From: Candidatus Shapirobacteria bacterium
GTDB taxonomy: Bacteria > Patescibacteriota > Microgenomatia > UBA12405
Reading direction: 5' to 3'
Length of the DNA stretch: 64,000 nucleotides
Assembly (NCBI GenBank): GCA_041659325.1
Contig: JBAZYN010000001.1
Coordinates: 238,819-302,818, forward strand
In this document: one piece after another, positions 38,221-48,809 of the stretch
Layout: the number at the start of each line of letters is the position of its first letter
How positions within the stretch are numbered: position 1 is the stretch's first letter
Program-made: the position numbers and the translations under genes
Notes under the pieces: generated by a model
The model's input: only the letters and a program-made list of their open reading frames with translations
Databases searched by the model: none
What the model was told of the DNA's origin: nothing

Positions 38221-39878
38221 GGATAGCTATATTTATTTTTTTGTGTTCACTTTTCCTCTCACTTCCCATCATCCGAAGCGGCATTTCTTACGATTTTGGA
38301 ATTGGTTTCTGGGGACCAAACGCCCATGACATGATCTGGCATCTGAGCCTTGTCAACCATCTGAAAAACCCTTTTCAAATACCTCTGCCAACTTTTTCCG
38401 GGCAACTTTTAAAAAACTACCACCCATTTTACAATATCTTGGTTTCATATCTGTCCAAAATTTCCGGCATCAGCCCCTCTCTTTGGCTATTTCAAATTAT
38501 GCCTCTACTCATGTCGTTTTCCATTCTCTACCTTAGCTACAGTTTGGGGGAAAAAATCACCGGTAAAACTCATGGCGGACTTCTCCTTGTCTTTCTAAAT
38601 ACTTTTGCCAACTCTTTCGGTTGGATTATAACCCTTATCCGCTCCGGTACATTTGGAGGAGAATCCTTATTTTGGTCGATGCAATCATCAAGCACTCTGA
38701 TCAATCCACCCTATGCACTATCACTAATCTTTCTTCTCGTCCTAATCCTAATCCTTTATCAGCATCCTTACCACCAACATCTTTCCGCCCAAAAACTGGT
38801 CATCGTCGGTCTCATCCTCGTCCTCTGTCCTATCACAAAATCATATTCCGCCATCCCTCTCTATGGATTTTTCTCTGTCTTTAGTCTGGCTGCCTTAAAA
38901 AATAAAAACTTCCAGCCAATAATAATGCTTGCGATATCACTGGCATTAGCCGCACTTCTCTTTTCTATATACAACAAATCATCGGTTAGTTTATTAATAT
39001 ACAAACCGTTTTGGTTTATCAACTCCATGATCGAGTCAAAGGACCGTCTCTACCTCCCGGTAATTGCCAATATGCGCTATACCCTGGAAGCAGCAAATAG
39101 AATTGGTCCGCGCCTGATAGGTCTATATCTGATAGGCTTCGCCAGTTTTGTTATCGGTAACTTTAGTTGGCGAGTTATCGGGTTCTTGTCGCTCAGTCAA
39201 AAACAAAATAAAATTCTTGCCGCCATTATCTTGCTTTTAACATTAATTCCGACATTTTTTATCCAATCAGGCACAAGTTGGAACACCATTCAATTCCTTT
39301 ATTACGCCTTATTTTTATCAAACATTCTTCTGACTATCCATATCACCACCAATCTTCAAAAAGTTTCCATCAAAATCCTTTTATTCTTAGTTCTGACTAC
39401 CTCACTTCTTAGCAATATCGATTTCATCCAAAATTATACCGGCAACCCTCCTCCTACAGCTATAGATAGAAATGAGCTCGAAGCAATAAGTTTTTTAAAT
39501 AAACTTCCGCCAGGAACCATCCTTACCTACCCCTTTGACCAATACTCAAAACTTATCCACCCATCCACACCTCTGCCGATATATCTTTACGAAACTACCT
39601 CGTATCTGGCCGCCTATACCAAGCACCAGACATTTGTTGACGATTATATGAATCTTCAAAATTCAGGTTACAACTGGACCGAAAGACTGGATAGTTCAAA
39701 AAAGTTTTTTGACCAGAAATCAATATACCAAGACAGGGGATTCTTGGTTAACAATGGTATCGATTATATCTACCTGGCCGGATCCCAAAAAAATAAAACC
39801 GATCTGAAAATAGATCAGTTATACATAAAAAATATTTTTGAAAATCCGGAAATTATCATCTATAAAGTGGAAAGATGA
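38199..39878 (+). CDS. GT-C-like multi-pass membrane protein
   Basis: HD..WHLSL, L.NYH, NPP, TK.Y; C-terminal soluble domain (E.EA..FL, IDYIY, FEN....IY). Confidence 0.75.
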   Translation: MVFKQKIGIAIFIFLCSLFLSLPIIRSGISYDFGIGFWGPNAHDMIWHLSLVNHLKNPFQIPLPTFSGQLLKNYHPFYNILVSYLSKISGISPSLWLFQIMPLLMSFSILYLSYSLGEKITGKTHGGLLLVFLNTFANSFGWIITLIRSGTFGGESLFWSMQSSSTLINPPYALSLIFLLVLILILYQHPYHQHLSAQKLVIVGLILVLCPITKSYSAIPLYGFFSVFSLAALKNKNFQPIIMLAISLALAALLFSIYNKSSVSLLIYKPFWFINSMIESKDRLYLPVIANMRYTLEAANRIGPRLIGLYLIGFASFVIGNFSWRVIGFLSLSQKQNKILAAIILLLTLIPTFFIQSGTSWNTIQFLYYALFLSNILLTIHITTNLQKVSIKILLFLVLTTSLLSNIDFIQNYTGNPPPTAIDRNELEAISFLNKLPPGTILTYPFDQYSKLIHPSTPLPIYLYETTSYLAAYTKHQTFVDDYMNLQNSGYNWTERLDSSKKFFDQKSIYQDRGFLVNNGIDYIYLAGSQKNKTDLKIDQLYIKNIFENPEIIIYKVER

Positions 39879-39896
39879 TAAAATAACCTATCTCTT

Positions 39897-40832
39897 ATGC
39901 AAAACCAACCTCTAATTTCTGCCGTAATTAATATCAAGAATGAAGCGGATTCCCTCAAAAAATGTCTGAAATCTATTAAAAATTTTGCTGATGAAATTAT
40001 CGTTATCGACATGTACTCCACCGATAACGGTAAACTAATTGCCGAAAGTTTTGGCGCCAAAGTTATCCAATACCGACCGGTAAAGGTGGTAGAAATTGCC
40101 CGAAATTTTGCATTATCAAAAGCTAGCGGGAAATGGATAATACTTCTGGACCCAGATGAATATCTTAACAAAACACTAAAAAGGGAGCTTACCAGGATCA
40201 CCCAAAGGCAAGATGTGGATTTTGTCAGAATACCTAGAAAAAATATTATTTTTGGTAAATGGATCAGGCACTCCAATAGCTGGCCGGATTATCTTATCCG
40301 TTTTTTCAAAAAAGGCTCCGTAACCTGGAAAAAGGAAATTCATAGCCAACCGGAAACCAAGGGCAATGGGATTAACCTCCTCGATAGTGAAAAACTAGCC
40401 ATCAGGCACAACAACTACAAAACCGTATCTCAATTTGTCTTCCGGGCTATGCGTTACAGTGGAGTTCAGGCAGACGAATTGAAAGAAAATGGTTATAAAG
40501 TTAAAATAGGCGATTTTATCCTCAAACCTATTCAGGAATTTAATAGCCGCTTTTTCTCCGCCGAAGGCTACAAAGACGGGGTCCATGGACTCATTTTTTC
40601 AATTTTACAGGGCTTTGCCATCTCCCTTATCTATATCCGACTCTGGGAAAAACAGGGAAGCCAGGACAAGCCCATGCCAAAGGACTCATTTGTTTCCGCC
40701 AGCCAGGAATCTACCTATGAATATAGCTATTGGTTTACCAGATACTTCAGACAAGAATATTCCAAAAATATCTTTAAAATAATAATAATCAGATTAAGAA
40801 ACACCCTGGATAGGTTTACAAAAAATTTTTAA
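39897..40832 (+). CDS. GT2 glycosyltransferase (WaaE/LgtF-like)
   Basis: KNE, DEIIVID..STD, RNFA, LDPDE, W.PD..RFF, YKDG..G. Confidence 0.88.
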   Translation: MQNQPLISAVINIKNEADSLKKCLKSIKNFADEIIVIDMYSTDNGKLIAESFGAKVIQYRPVKVVEIARNFALSKASGKWIILLDPDEYLNKTLKRELTRITQRQDVDFVRIPRKNIIFGKWIRHSNSWPDYLIRFFKKGSVTWKKEIHSQPETKGNGINLLDSEKLAIRHNNYKTVSQFVFRAMRYSGVQADELKENGYKVKIGDFILKPIQEFNSRFFSAEGYKDGVHGLIFSILQGFAISLIYIRLWEKQGSQDKPMPKDSFVSASQESTYEYSYWFTRYFRQEYSKNIFKIIIIRLRNTLDRFTKNF

Positions 40833-40834
40833 CC

Positions 40835-41749
40835 ATGGTTAGAATCGCAATTTTGATTCTCAACTGGAAGCAGCCGGAATTGACCATTCAGACCCTCGAC
40901 TCCTATTTAAAAATCAAACATAAGAATTTTGAATATAAAATTTTTTCCATCGACAATGGATCAGCCGATGGATCATTTAAAAAATTAAAATCTCTCTACA
41001 AAAACAACCCACAATTAACAATCTTGAAAAACCCTACAAATATTGGATATGTTCCGGCTTTCAATAAGGAAATTAAAAAAAAATTAGACTACGATTACAT
41101 TCTTGTCAGCAATAACGATATATTGGTCGATCCATACTTCTTAGAAAATTTAGTCACTGCGGCTTTACAATCAAACTTCGACATCTTGGGACCAAAAATC
41201 TACTTCGCCCCCGGGTATGAATATCATAAACATCGCTACACTCCCAAAGAAATCGGAAAAGTCATCTGGTTTGCCGGGGGCAAAATGGATTGGGCTAATA
41301 TTATCGGCAGCAACATAGGAGTCGACGAGGTAGACACGGGGCAACATGATCAAATCAAAACCAACATAGATTTTATCACCGGCTGTTGCATGTTGGTTAA
41401 ATCCGGGGTATTTAAAAAAATTGGACTCTTTGACAAAGACTATTTTATGTACCTTGAAGATGTTGACTTTTGCCAACGAGCCAAAAAATCCGGTTTCCGA
41501 CTTGCCTATATCCCCCAGGCATTTATCTGGCATGTCAACTCAGGCTCTTCTTCAAGTGGTTCATCGCTTCAGGACTATTTCATCAGCAGAAATCGTCTTA
41601 TTTTTGGTCTAAAATATGCAAACCTTCGGGCCAAATTTGCCCTTATCCGAGAATCAATCAAAATTTTTCTGACCTCAAAATCATTTTGGAAAAAACAAGC
41701 CGTCTCTGATTTTTACTTGAACAATCTTGGCAAAGGAAGTTGGAAATGA
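40835..41749 (+). CDS. GT2 glycosyltransferase (WbbL/GT2-like-c)
   Basis: LNW, DNGS.DGS, NND, TGCCMLV, FD.DYFMY.EDVDFC.R. Confidence 0.88.
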   Translation: MVRIAILILNWKQPELTIQTLDSYLKIKHKNFEYKIFSIDNGSADGSFKKLKSLYKNNPQLTILKNPTNIGYVPAFNKEIKKKLDYDYILVSNNDILVDPYFLENLVTAALQSNFDILGPKIYFAPGYEYHKHRYTPKEIGKVIWFAGGKMDWANIIGSNIGVDEVDTGQHDQIKTNIDFITGCCMLVKSGVFKKIGLFDKDYFMYLEDVDFCQRAKKSGFRLAYIPQAFIWHVNSGSSSSGSSLQDYFISRNRLIFGLKYANLRAKFALIRESIKIFLTSKSFWKKQAVSDFYLNNLGKGSWK

Positions 41750-42534
41750 AAAAAATATCCTTATCAATCATCATCTTGGCCGGCAATGAAGAAAAGATAA
41801 TCAAAAACTGTCTGAAAAGTTGTACCTGGGCAGACGAAGTTGTTTTGGTTGCCGCCAATTCAACCGACAGCACGGTATCCATTTCAAAACAAATAATCCG
41901 AGACATTGTTATTGTCAAAACTACAGATGAATACAATAAGAATTTTTCCAAGTGGAGAAACCTTGGGTATAAGAAATCAAAAGGGGATTGGATCTTCTAC
42001 GTTGACGCAGATGAAGTCGTCACTCAAAATCTAAAAGACGAAATACTATCAACAATTACAAACCCATCGGCTTCATACTATGTAGTTCCACGGGCAAATC
42101 ATTATCTGGGAAAAAGAGTTTACTATGGCGGCTCATACCCCGACTATGTAAAAAGACTATACTACCGCCCCAAATTTAGAGGATACACCGGATACCTCCA
42201 CGAAGAACCGATTGTCTCGGGATCACTAGGTTTTCTTAAACACCATCTTGAACACTATACCCACCGAGACCTGTCATCAATGCTTGATAAAACTGTTGTT
42301 TGGACGGATATGGAGGCAAAAGCACTACTCGCAAACAATCACCCCCCAGTTGTTTGGTGGCGTTTTTTGAGAATGATGTTTACAAAAATGTGGGAAAGAC
42401 TAATAAAACAACAAATGTGGCGTGACGGAAATGTCGGCTGGATTTCTGTAATCTTCGAGATGTATGATACCTTTATTATATATGCCAGACTCTGGGAGCT
42501 ACAACAAAATGACCAAAAAAGCAGCCATCTATGA
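41746..42534 (+). CDS. GT2 glycosyltransferase (WaaE/LgtF-like)
   Basis: NEE, RN, VDADE, YPDY..RL, LHE, RDG..G. The ATG overlaps the upstream stop. Confidence 0.88.
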   Translation: MKKISLSIIILAGNEEKIIKNCLKSCTWADEVVLVAANSTDSTVSISKQIIRDIVIVKTTDEYNKNFSKWRNLGYKKSKGDWIFYVDADEVVTQNLKDEILSTITNPSASYYVVPRANHYLGKRVYYGGSYPDYVKRLYYRPKFRGYTGYLHEEPIVSGSLGFLKHHLEHYTHRDLSSMLDKTVVWTDMEAKALLANNHPPVVWWRFLRMMFTKMWERLIKQQMWRDGNVGWISVIFEMYDTFIIYARLWELQQNDQKSSHL

Positions 42535-43681
42535 TCCCTATTTAGACACTTTGGGGGGAGGTGAACGTTATTGTTTGTCTGTGGCAGAAATCCTTTTAAA
42601 AAACGGCTATAGTGTTGATTTGTTTTGGTCAGGAGACCGTTCTCTGATCAGTCGCGCCCAAGACAGATTTTCGCTTTCCATAGACAAGATAAATATCGTT
42701 CCCGATATTTTTCACATCCATAAAGAAAGAATAGACCTTGCCCTGGACGGACAGGAATTACCCAAAATCACCAGCAAAATAATTCCTCACAAAAATATTT
42801 ATCAAAAGGCCAAATCAATTTTTGAAAAATATCAGATAACCAAAAAATACGATTTGTTTTTTTATCTGAGCGATGGAAGCATCCCCATTATTTTTTCAAA
42901 AACCAACATCCTGCATGTACAGGTCCCATTTCTCCCCAAAAGATCACCTCTTCAAATACTCACCGACAATATCAAGCTATTTTTATTTAAAATAATTATC
43001 TGCAACTCGGAATTTACCTCCAGATTTACACAAAGTCACTTAAAAACAAACAAATTTATCCTTTACCCGCCGGTGGATATCCAAAAGTTTAGCTCATCTG
43101 ATAAAAAATCAGATATTATTTTGTCCGTAGGCAGATTCGACAATATCTTAAACGCCAAAAAACAGGATGTCTTGATTAATTCTTTCTCAAAATTATCACC
43201 CAAAAACCCCGGTTGGAAACTGATTTTAGCCGGCGGTAGTCTGGAAAAACCCGAAAATAATTCTTATCTAAAACACCTTAGATATATCTCAAAAAATCTC
43301 CCTGTGGAATTCTTAATTAACCCTGATTTTACTACACTAAAAAATACATATTCTGCCTCCAAAATATATTGGCACGCTGCCGGCTACGGAGTGGATGAAA
43401 ACATTAATCCCCAAAACACCGAACATTTTGGAATAACTGTGGTCGAGGCCATGTCATCCGGACTTGTCCCTATCGTCGTCGCAAAAGGAGGACTACCGGA
43501 AATTATCTCCGATGGAAAAAATGGCTACCTCTGGAGTACCACCGCAGAACTAATAGCAAAAACCAACCTTTTAATTGCCTCTCCAAAAATTCAAAAAAAT
43601 ATGTCTCAGGATGCTCTTCTTTCCTGCGAAAAATTTTCCAAAGAAAATTTTGAGAAAAAATTATTGTCGATCATCAACTAA
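42509..43681 (+). CDS. GT4 glycosyltransferase
   Basis: TLGGGER, NS.FT, YPPVD, SVGRF, K.Q, EHFGITVVEAM..G, GG..EII. Confidence 0.9.
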   Translation: MTKKAAIYDPYLDTLGGGERYCLSVAEILLKNGYSVDLFWSGDRSLISRAQDRFSLSIDKINIVPDIFHIHKERIDLALDGQELPKITSKIIPHKNIYQKAKSIFEKYQITKKYDLFFYLSDGSIPIIFSKTNILHVQVPFLPKRSPLQILTDNIKLFLFKIIICNSEFTSRFTQSHLKTNKFILYPPVDIQKFSSSDKKSDIILSVGRFDNILNAKKQDVLINSFSKLSPKNPGWKLILAGGSLEKPENNSYLKHLRYISKNLPVEFLINPDFTTLKNTYSASKIYWHAAGYGVDENINPQNTEHFGITVVEAMSSGLVPIVVAKGGLPEIISDGKNGYLWSTTAELIAKTNLLIASPKIQKNMSQDALLSCEKFSKENFEKKLLSIIN

Positions 43682-43682
43682 A

Positions 43683-44555
43683 ATGAAAATTTCTGTTATT
43701 GTTACCAACTGGAATGGACTCAATTTACTTAATAAAAATTTTATCAATGTAATACAATCCAGCCCCGAAGCCGAAGAAATCATTCTAGCCGATGATGCTT
43801 CCGAAGATGGTAGTGTGAAATACATAAAAAGTCTCCGGCCAAAATATCCACAAATAAAATTAATCACCAACTCGGTTAATATGGGTTTTGGGAAAAACAC
43901 CAATCGTGCCGTTAGTCAGGCCAAAGGAGAGCTAGTTGTGCTTCTCAATAGTGACATTACCCCGGAAAAAAATTACATAAAAAACGCCCTCCTTCACTTC
44001 AAAAATCCTAAAGTATACGGGGTTGGTTTCTCTGAACGGGGTAACGAAAATTGGGCAAAAATATATTGGAAAGAAGGTTATATTCAATATGAACCCGGGA
44101 GAGAAATCGACAAGACTCACATCACCGGTTGGCTATCCGGAGGCGGCTGCATTCTCAGGAAGGACATTTTTATAAAACTTGGCGGATTTGACGAAATTTA
44201 CGCCCCATTTTATTCCGAGGATCTGGATATTGGCTATCGGGCATGGAAGTCAGGATATATTTTATTGTGGGAGCCCAAATGTATCATCCGCCATAAACAT
44301 GAATCAACTATGTCAAAATTCCCCAAGAGATTCTCGGACTATGTTAAAGAAAGAAACCGTCTTCTCACCGTATTAAGAAATATTACCGACCCGCAAATGA
44401 TCAGGCAAAATAAACTAACTCAAATATTACGTGTTTTGTCCGGACCAAACTATCTCAAAATCATCCGTGCTGCCAAAAGACAGATCGGGAAATTTCCCTC
44501 CCAAATCGTTTTTCCAAAATTAACAGATAAAGAAATTTTTGATCTGTTTAAATAA
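43683..44555 (+). CDS. GT2 glycosyltransferase
   Basis: NWNG, DDASEDGS, N.GF, LLNSD, GGFDE.Y.PFY.EDLD..YRAW. Confidence 0.88.
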   Translation: MKISVIVTNWNGLNLLNKNFINVIQSSPEAEEIILADDASEDGSVKYIKSLRPKYPQIKLITNSVNMGFGKNTNRAVSQAKGELVVLLNSDITPEKNYIKNALLHFKNPKVYGVGFSERGNENWAKIYWKEGYIQYEPGREIDKTHITGWLSGGGCILRKDIFIKLGGFDEIYAPFYSEDLDIGYRAWKSGYILLWEPKCIIRHKHESTMSKFPKRFSDYVKERNRLLTVLRNITDPQMIRQNKLTQILRVLSGPNYLKIIRAAKRQIGKFPSQIVFPKLTDKEIFDLFK

Positions 44556-44589
44556 AACCACCTTATTGTCCGTTATACATAAACAAAAT

Positions 44590-45402
44590 ATGCCTGAATT
44601 ATCGATAATCGTTCTTACCTGGAACACCTCAGAAATTACAAAAAAGTGTGTTTTAAGTATTAAAAGATCTTTAGAAAATAAAATTGACTATGAAATTATC
44701 GTCGCAGATAACGGATCTACTGATAACACTCAGCAAGTCTTTAAAGACCTAAAATTTGTAAAATATATCAAACTCTCGAAAAACTATGGATTTTCAAAAG
44801 GCAATAATCTGGCGGCAAAATACGCAAAAGGCAAATATATCCTATTTCTCAATTCCGATATGGAATTATTAAATAGTCGGCTTATCGACATGCTTCGTCA
44901 CATTAAACTAAATCCCATAATAGGTCTTATCGGTCCAAAATTTCTAAATGTTGATCAAAGCCCACAGGGATCCGTTTTCCCCCCCCAAACTATTACAAAT
45001 GCCTTCAGAGAATTTTGGTTGGGCCAAAAATCATACTCCAAGTACACACCGGCAACAGATAAGCCAATTGAGGTCTGGGCCGTCTCCGGCGGTGCTGTCA
45101 TTATTGACCGCAGTCTTTTTGAAAAAATCGGTGGCTGGGACACAAGGTATTTTATGTTTTACGAAGACCTGGAATTGTGCCGCCAAATCAAAAAGCTAAA
45201 TTATAAAATATTTTTTTACCCTCAATGCTCACTTGTCCATCATCACGGCGCCAGCGGAAAGAATCTGGCAAGCAATATTAACCAATGGAGACGACTAATT
45301 CCGAGTTCAAAAATATTTCATGGACTCGCAAGGCATTTTTTAATCAACTCTACAATTTGGTCGGGTCAAAAATACCAAAAAATAAAAAGGTTGTTTGGCT
45401 AG
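44590..45402 (+). CDS. GT2 glycosyltransferase (WbbL-like)
   Basis: DNGSTD, N.GF.KGNN, FLNSD, VSG, GGWD.RYFMF.ED.ELC. Confidence 0.88.
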   Translation: MPELSIIVLTWNTSEITKKCVLSIKRSLENKIDYEIIVADNGSTDNTQQVFKDLKFVKYIKLSKNYGFSKGNNLAAKYAKGKYILFLNSDMELLNSRLIDMLRHIKLNPIIGLIGPKFLNVDQSPQGSVFPPQTITNAFREFWLGQKSYSKYTPATDKPIEVWAVSGGAVIIDRSLFEKIGGWDTRYFMFYEDLELCRQIKKLNYKIFFYPQCSLVHHHGASGKNLASNINQWRRLIPSSKIFHGLARHFLINSTIWSGQKYQKIKRLFG

Positions 45403-47036
45403 TAATTTCCTTCATCTTTTTCGACCAAATAAAACAAGGGTAGTCCGTCAAAATCCCTGATCGTTTTCACTGTTTTTATACCACTGGGAGGATCCTTGCT
45501 CCAATCCCAATCACCTCCTACATTTTTTTCCTGTGAAATCAAGTATAAAACACCACTATTCATTTTATTACTTTCCAACCTACCATAAAAATCGACAAAG
45601 CAAACCGCCGGACTGATACAGAAGCCGTCAAATCCATCAATCTGTTTGTCCATTTTGTCCACCACTCCAAAAACACTGGCGGGATCCACTTTGTTCCAAA
45701 ACAAAAATCTGATCAACGACGGCTCATATGTATTATCCATTAATACTCTGTCATATTTTGGATAATTATTGGCAATGTATAACATCGCCTCTTTGTAGCC
45801 ATAATGCCACCATCTGGAGCTCTGGTCCCTATAAAAATTCCAATAATAATATTGGAAATTACAAAATTCAAAAATCAAAATACACATAGCTGCTACCCAC
45901 CATCCTCTGGTTAAGTTAGCAAATCCCAATCCGGCAAAATACATTAACGGATATATCATCAAAAACAATCTGGAGGCATGATTATATCCATCGATTGTCA
46001 AACTCGACGGTATCGGCGCCAATAACAGTAATCCCAACAACCAAAAATCAGCTACCACCTTCTTTTTTCTGGTCATCGTCACCAACAATCCCACTATCAC
46101 TAGTGGAGCCATTATCCAATACAAATTCCCCACCTGCCTCAGTGAGTGTCTAAATGTTATATCACCATTTCTAAACAGAAAATCGGGACTAAAGGCATTT
46201 AAATAGTTAAATAATATTTTCTTGCCCACCACAACATATTTGTTATAAAAAACCTTGGAAATCATTGCATTACCTGAAGCCTCCCGGTACTTGGCCATCT
46301 CTACCACCACCTGTCCGTCGGCAAACACAGAAAATTTACCGAATCTGTCGGCGGCATGACCGTAAAAAATCTGGTAAATCATCGGCAAAGAAAATACTAA
46401 CCCGACAAGAAACAATATCAAATATTGCTTCTTGCTTGCCCGAAAGACGATCAAAGTCATTAGCGCCAATAGCGGCACATAAATATTGGCCGTATTATAA
46501 GTATAAAAACCAAGGCTCAGCAAGAACCCGCTTAAAACAGTAAAATAATATCCGCTCCTTTTTAGTCCTAAAATCAAAAAATATGCTCCCCATATCAGCA
46601 AGGAGGACAGCAATGTCAACTCAAAACCAGCCCGGCTATATTGTATATGCCAGGGAGAAACTGTAATAAAAAATATTACCGCCACAATTACTTTCTTTCG
46701 GATATTTAGAAGCTTCAATGATAAAGCAAACCCCGAAATCCCCAAAATCCCAAAAAATGACGAAACCATTCTTACTCCGAATTCATTTAGCCCAAAAATT
46801 TTTATAAATGGAACCATCGCATACATTAACCCCGGAGCCCTCCATTCAGAAAAACTATGAATATATGCCGGTATTAGATTCCCTTTATAGTCCCTTCCCG
46901 TCATCAATAGAGAATAAGATTGATATCCTGCATCCAATTCGTCCCCAAACAACTCCAGATAGTCTAATCTATAAACCCTCAAAAAAACCGCTAGAACCAT
47001 TAATGCCACCATCATTAGAACAAATTTCACTTTCAT
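45399..47036 (-). CDS. GT-C glycosyltransferase (DE type)
   Basis: GDELDAGYQSYSLL.TGRD, SFSEWR, FGLNE..VR, SPWHI.YSR.GFE. ATG at 47036 overlaps the upstream stop. Confidence 0.85.
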   Translation of the reverse strand: MKVKFVLMMVALMVLAVFLRVYRLDYLELFGDELDAGYQSYSLLMTGRDYKGNLIPAYIHSFSEWRAPGLMYAMVPFIKIFGLNEFGVRMVSSFFGILGISGFALSLKLLNIRKKVIVAVIFFITVSPWHIQYSRAGFELTLLSSLLIWGAYFLILGLKRSGYYFTVLSGFLLSLGFYTYNTANIYVPLLALMTLIVFRASKKQYLILFLVGLVFSLPMIYQIFYGHAADRFGKFSVFADGQVVVEMAKYREASGNAMISKVFYNKYVVVGKKILFNYLNAFSPDFLFRNGDITFRHSLRQVGNLYWIMAPLVIVGLLVTMTRKKKVVADFWLLGLLLLAPIPSSLTIDGYNHASRLFLMIYPLMYFAGLGFANLTRGWWVAAMCILIFEFCNFQYYYWNFYRDQSSRWWHYGYKEAMLYIANNYPKYDRVLMDNTYEPSLIRFLFWNKVDPASVFGVVDKMDKQIDGFDGFCISPAVCFVDFYGRLESNKMNSGVLYLISQEKNVGGDWDWSKDPPSGIKTVKTIRDFDGLPLFYLVEKDEGNY

Positions 47037-48808
47037 ATCCAATAAACAATCGATAAGCCAGCCACCACCATCCACCACCACCAAAAATGTGTCGCTTTAT
47101 TCCATATATCTGTTAATTCAGGAGAAGTCTGACCATATAAATTTACGGCCAAACGATTCTCCTGGTCCATTCCGATCTTTAGTAACCCGTCGTTTACAAC
47201 CACTTTTTGTATTGAAATTTTTAGAGTCTCGGAATTTCTCATTACCAACGGAACATCAACCCTCAGCCACGTGTTTGCCCCGGCGTTAAATCCGCTAAAC
47301 TCTTTCTCAAATGTGTTTCCATTGCTGTCCGAAACAACCAATGTACCGATATCTTTTGAGTTAAGGCCGGGATTGTCCAGAAATATTTCAAAATATTTTA
47401 AACTTGATACAGAATCATATACCCACTCCCGACTTACTATTCCCTCTATCGGTACCCTCGTTTCACTCAATCCGGATGGACTTTTTTCAATAACTTGTAA
47501 ACTGCTAATAAATAAAACCAGTAGGATCATCAACAGCCACGGTAAAAGTATTAACCATTTCGGTAAATCTAATTTTGTTTTATTCTCTACATTATCTTTT
47601 TTTATTTTTTGTCCCAAGAACCAAACCGCCACCCCAGCCAACACACTCTGACAAAGATTAATCAACCCACTAATATTAATAACTCTATTCCTGGCAAATT
47701 CGGATATTGTCGGATAGTTAATCAAATTCGGGCTAATCGGCGCCACCAACCCCCAACTAAGAAATTTATCATCAAAACCAAGAGTCAAACCAATCCACGA
47801 CATCAAAATCAATAAACCAACAATTATTTCAACTTTGGTAATCTTTTTGGTCGCGAATATGATTGAAGCAAATGGTGACAACCATAGTAACCATTGAGGA
47901 TTAAAATGACTAAAACCCAAGATAACCAAAGAGCTCTCCATAATCATCAGACAACCAAAAGATAATTTTTTACCAAAACGGTTGCTCACTGCCTTTAATG
48001 CCACCACCACCAACAGTAACGGTACTATCATTATCTCTTTACCAAAACCAATCGAAATATTTGAGACGAACATTCTCTGTGACAACCCGGAGTTCAACAC
48101 CGCCTCAGTAAAATAACTTTTCCCTATCCAGGGCAACAATATCAACCCGTAAACCATCATCACTCCGAAAAACTTCAGCACCAACTTATAGATACTTTTC
48201 TCCCAAGCCAACAAAAACATAATCACCCATATAATAGGATATGTTTTAACCCCTGCTGCCAACCCCCAAAACAGCACGGCAAGCCCCCACCTCTCGTAAC
48301 ATAATATTCCTGAAAGAAACAAAATTATTGCCACTATATCATTTTGACCCATGACCACCAAAGAGAATAAGGTTATCGGGTTAAAATACCAGATAAGGGC
48401 CGCTCGTAAAGCTTTTTTTTCGTTACCACAATATTTCTTTACAATTCTGTATATCAACCAACCACTTACTAAACCCAAAATCAGCAACGGAAATTTCGCC
48501 GCCAAATTATATCTCAAGGAGTTAACATCAAAACTTGCCTCTGCGCTACCACTCTCAAGCCACTGATCAAAACCACTCCCTCCGATAAATTTTGAAATTG
48601 GATAATGAACCTTCAACCACCAAAAGTGAGCCGGTGGATAGTGAAAATCCGGTATATCTAGTTTGTGAGCATCTATATAACCATAGACATCCCATACTTT
48701 TCCGTTCCCCAATGACGGATACCTTAAGGTCAACTTTGTATCAGGATGATAAGTAAACGGAGCCACTAAAAAATAAACCACCATCGCCAAAAGTATTATT
48801 TTTTTCAT
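47033..48808 (-). CDS. GT-C glycosyltransferase (GT87-like) with a C-terminal beta-domain
   Basis: TYHPD, FHYPP, KFP, W.FNP, MGQND, K.YP, NPQW.LW. Confidence 0.8.
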   Translation of the reverse strand: MKKIILLAMVVYFLVAPFTYHPDTKLTLRYPSLGNGKVWDVYGYIDAHKLDIPDFHYPPAHFWWLKVHYPISKFIGGSGFDQWLESGSAEASFDVNSLRYNLAAKFPLLILGLVSGWLIYRIVKKYCGNEKKALRAALIWYFNPITLFSLVVMGQNDIVAIILFLSGILCYERWGLAVLFWGLAAGVKTYPIIWVIMFLLAWEKSIYKLVLKFFGVMMVYGLILLPWIGKSYFTEAVLNSGLSQRMFVSNISIGFGKEIMIVPLLLVVVALKAVSNRFGKKLSFGCLMIMESSLVILGFSHFNPQWLLWLSPFASIIFATKKITKVEIIVGLLILMSWIGLTLGFDDKFLSWGLVAPISPNLINYPTISEFARNRVINISGLINLCQSVLAGVAVWFLGQKIKKDNVENKTKLDLPKWLILLPWLLMILLVLFISSLQVIEKSPSGLSETRVPIEGIVSREWVYDSVSSLKYFEIFLDNPGLNSKDIGTLVVSDSNGNTFEKEFSGFNAGANTWLRVDVPLVMRNSETLKISIQKVVVNDGLLKIGMDQENRLAVNLYGQTSPELTDIWNKATHFWWWWMVVAGLSIVYWI

Positions 48809-48809
48809 A

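Noticed and set aside
36766-45402. Classical O-antigen/LPS or Wzy capsule locus
   Set aside because: No lipid A, Wzz/Wzc, clear Wzy or sugar-synthesis genes are visible; sortase and LCP point to a monoderm-type envelope.
47060-47085. CCA-rich repeat tract
   Set aside because: It simply encodes WWWWMVV on the minus strand; not a repeat element.
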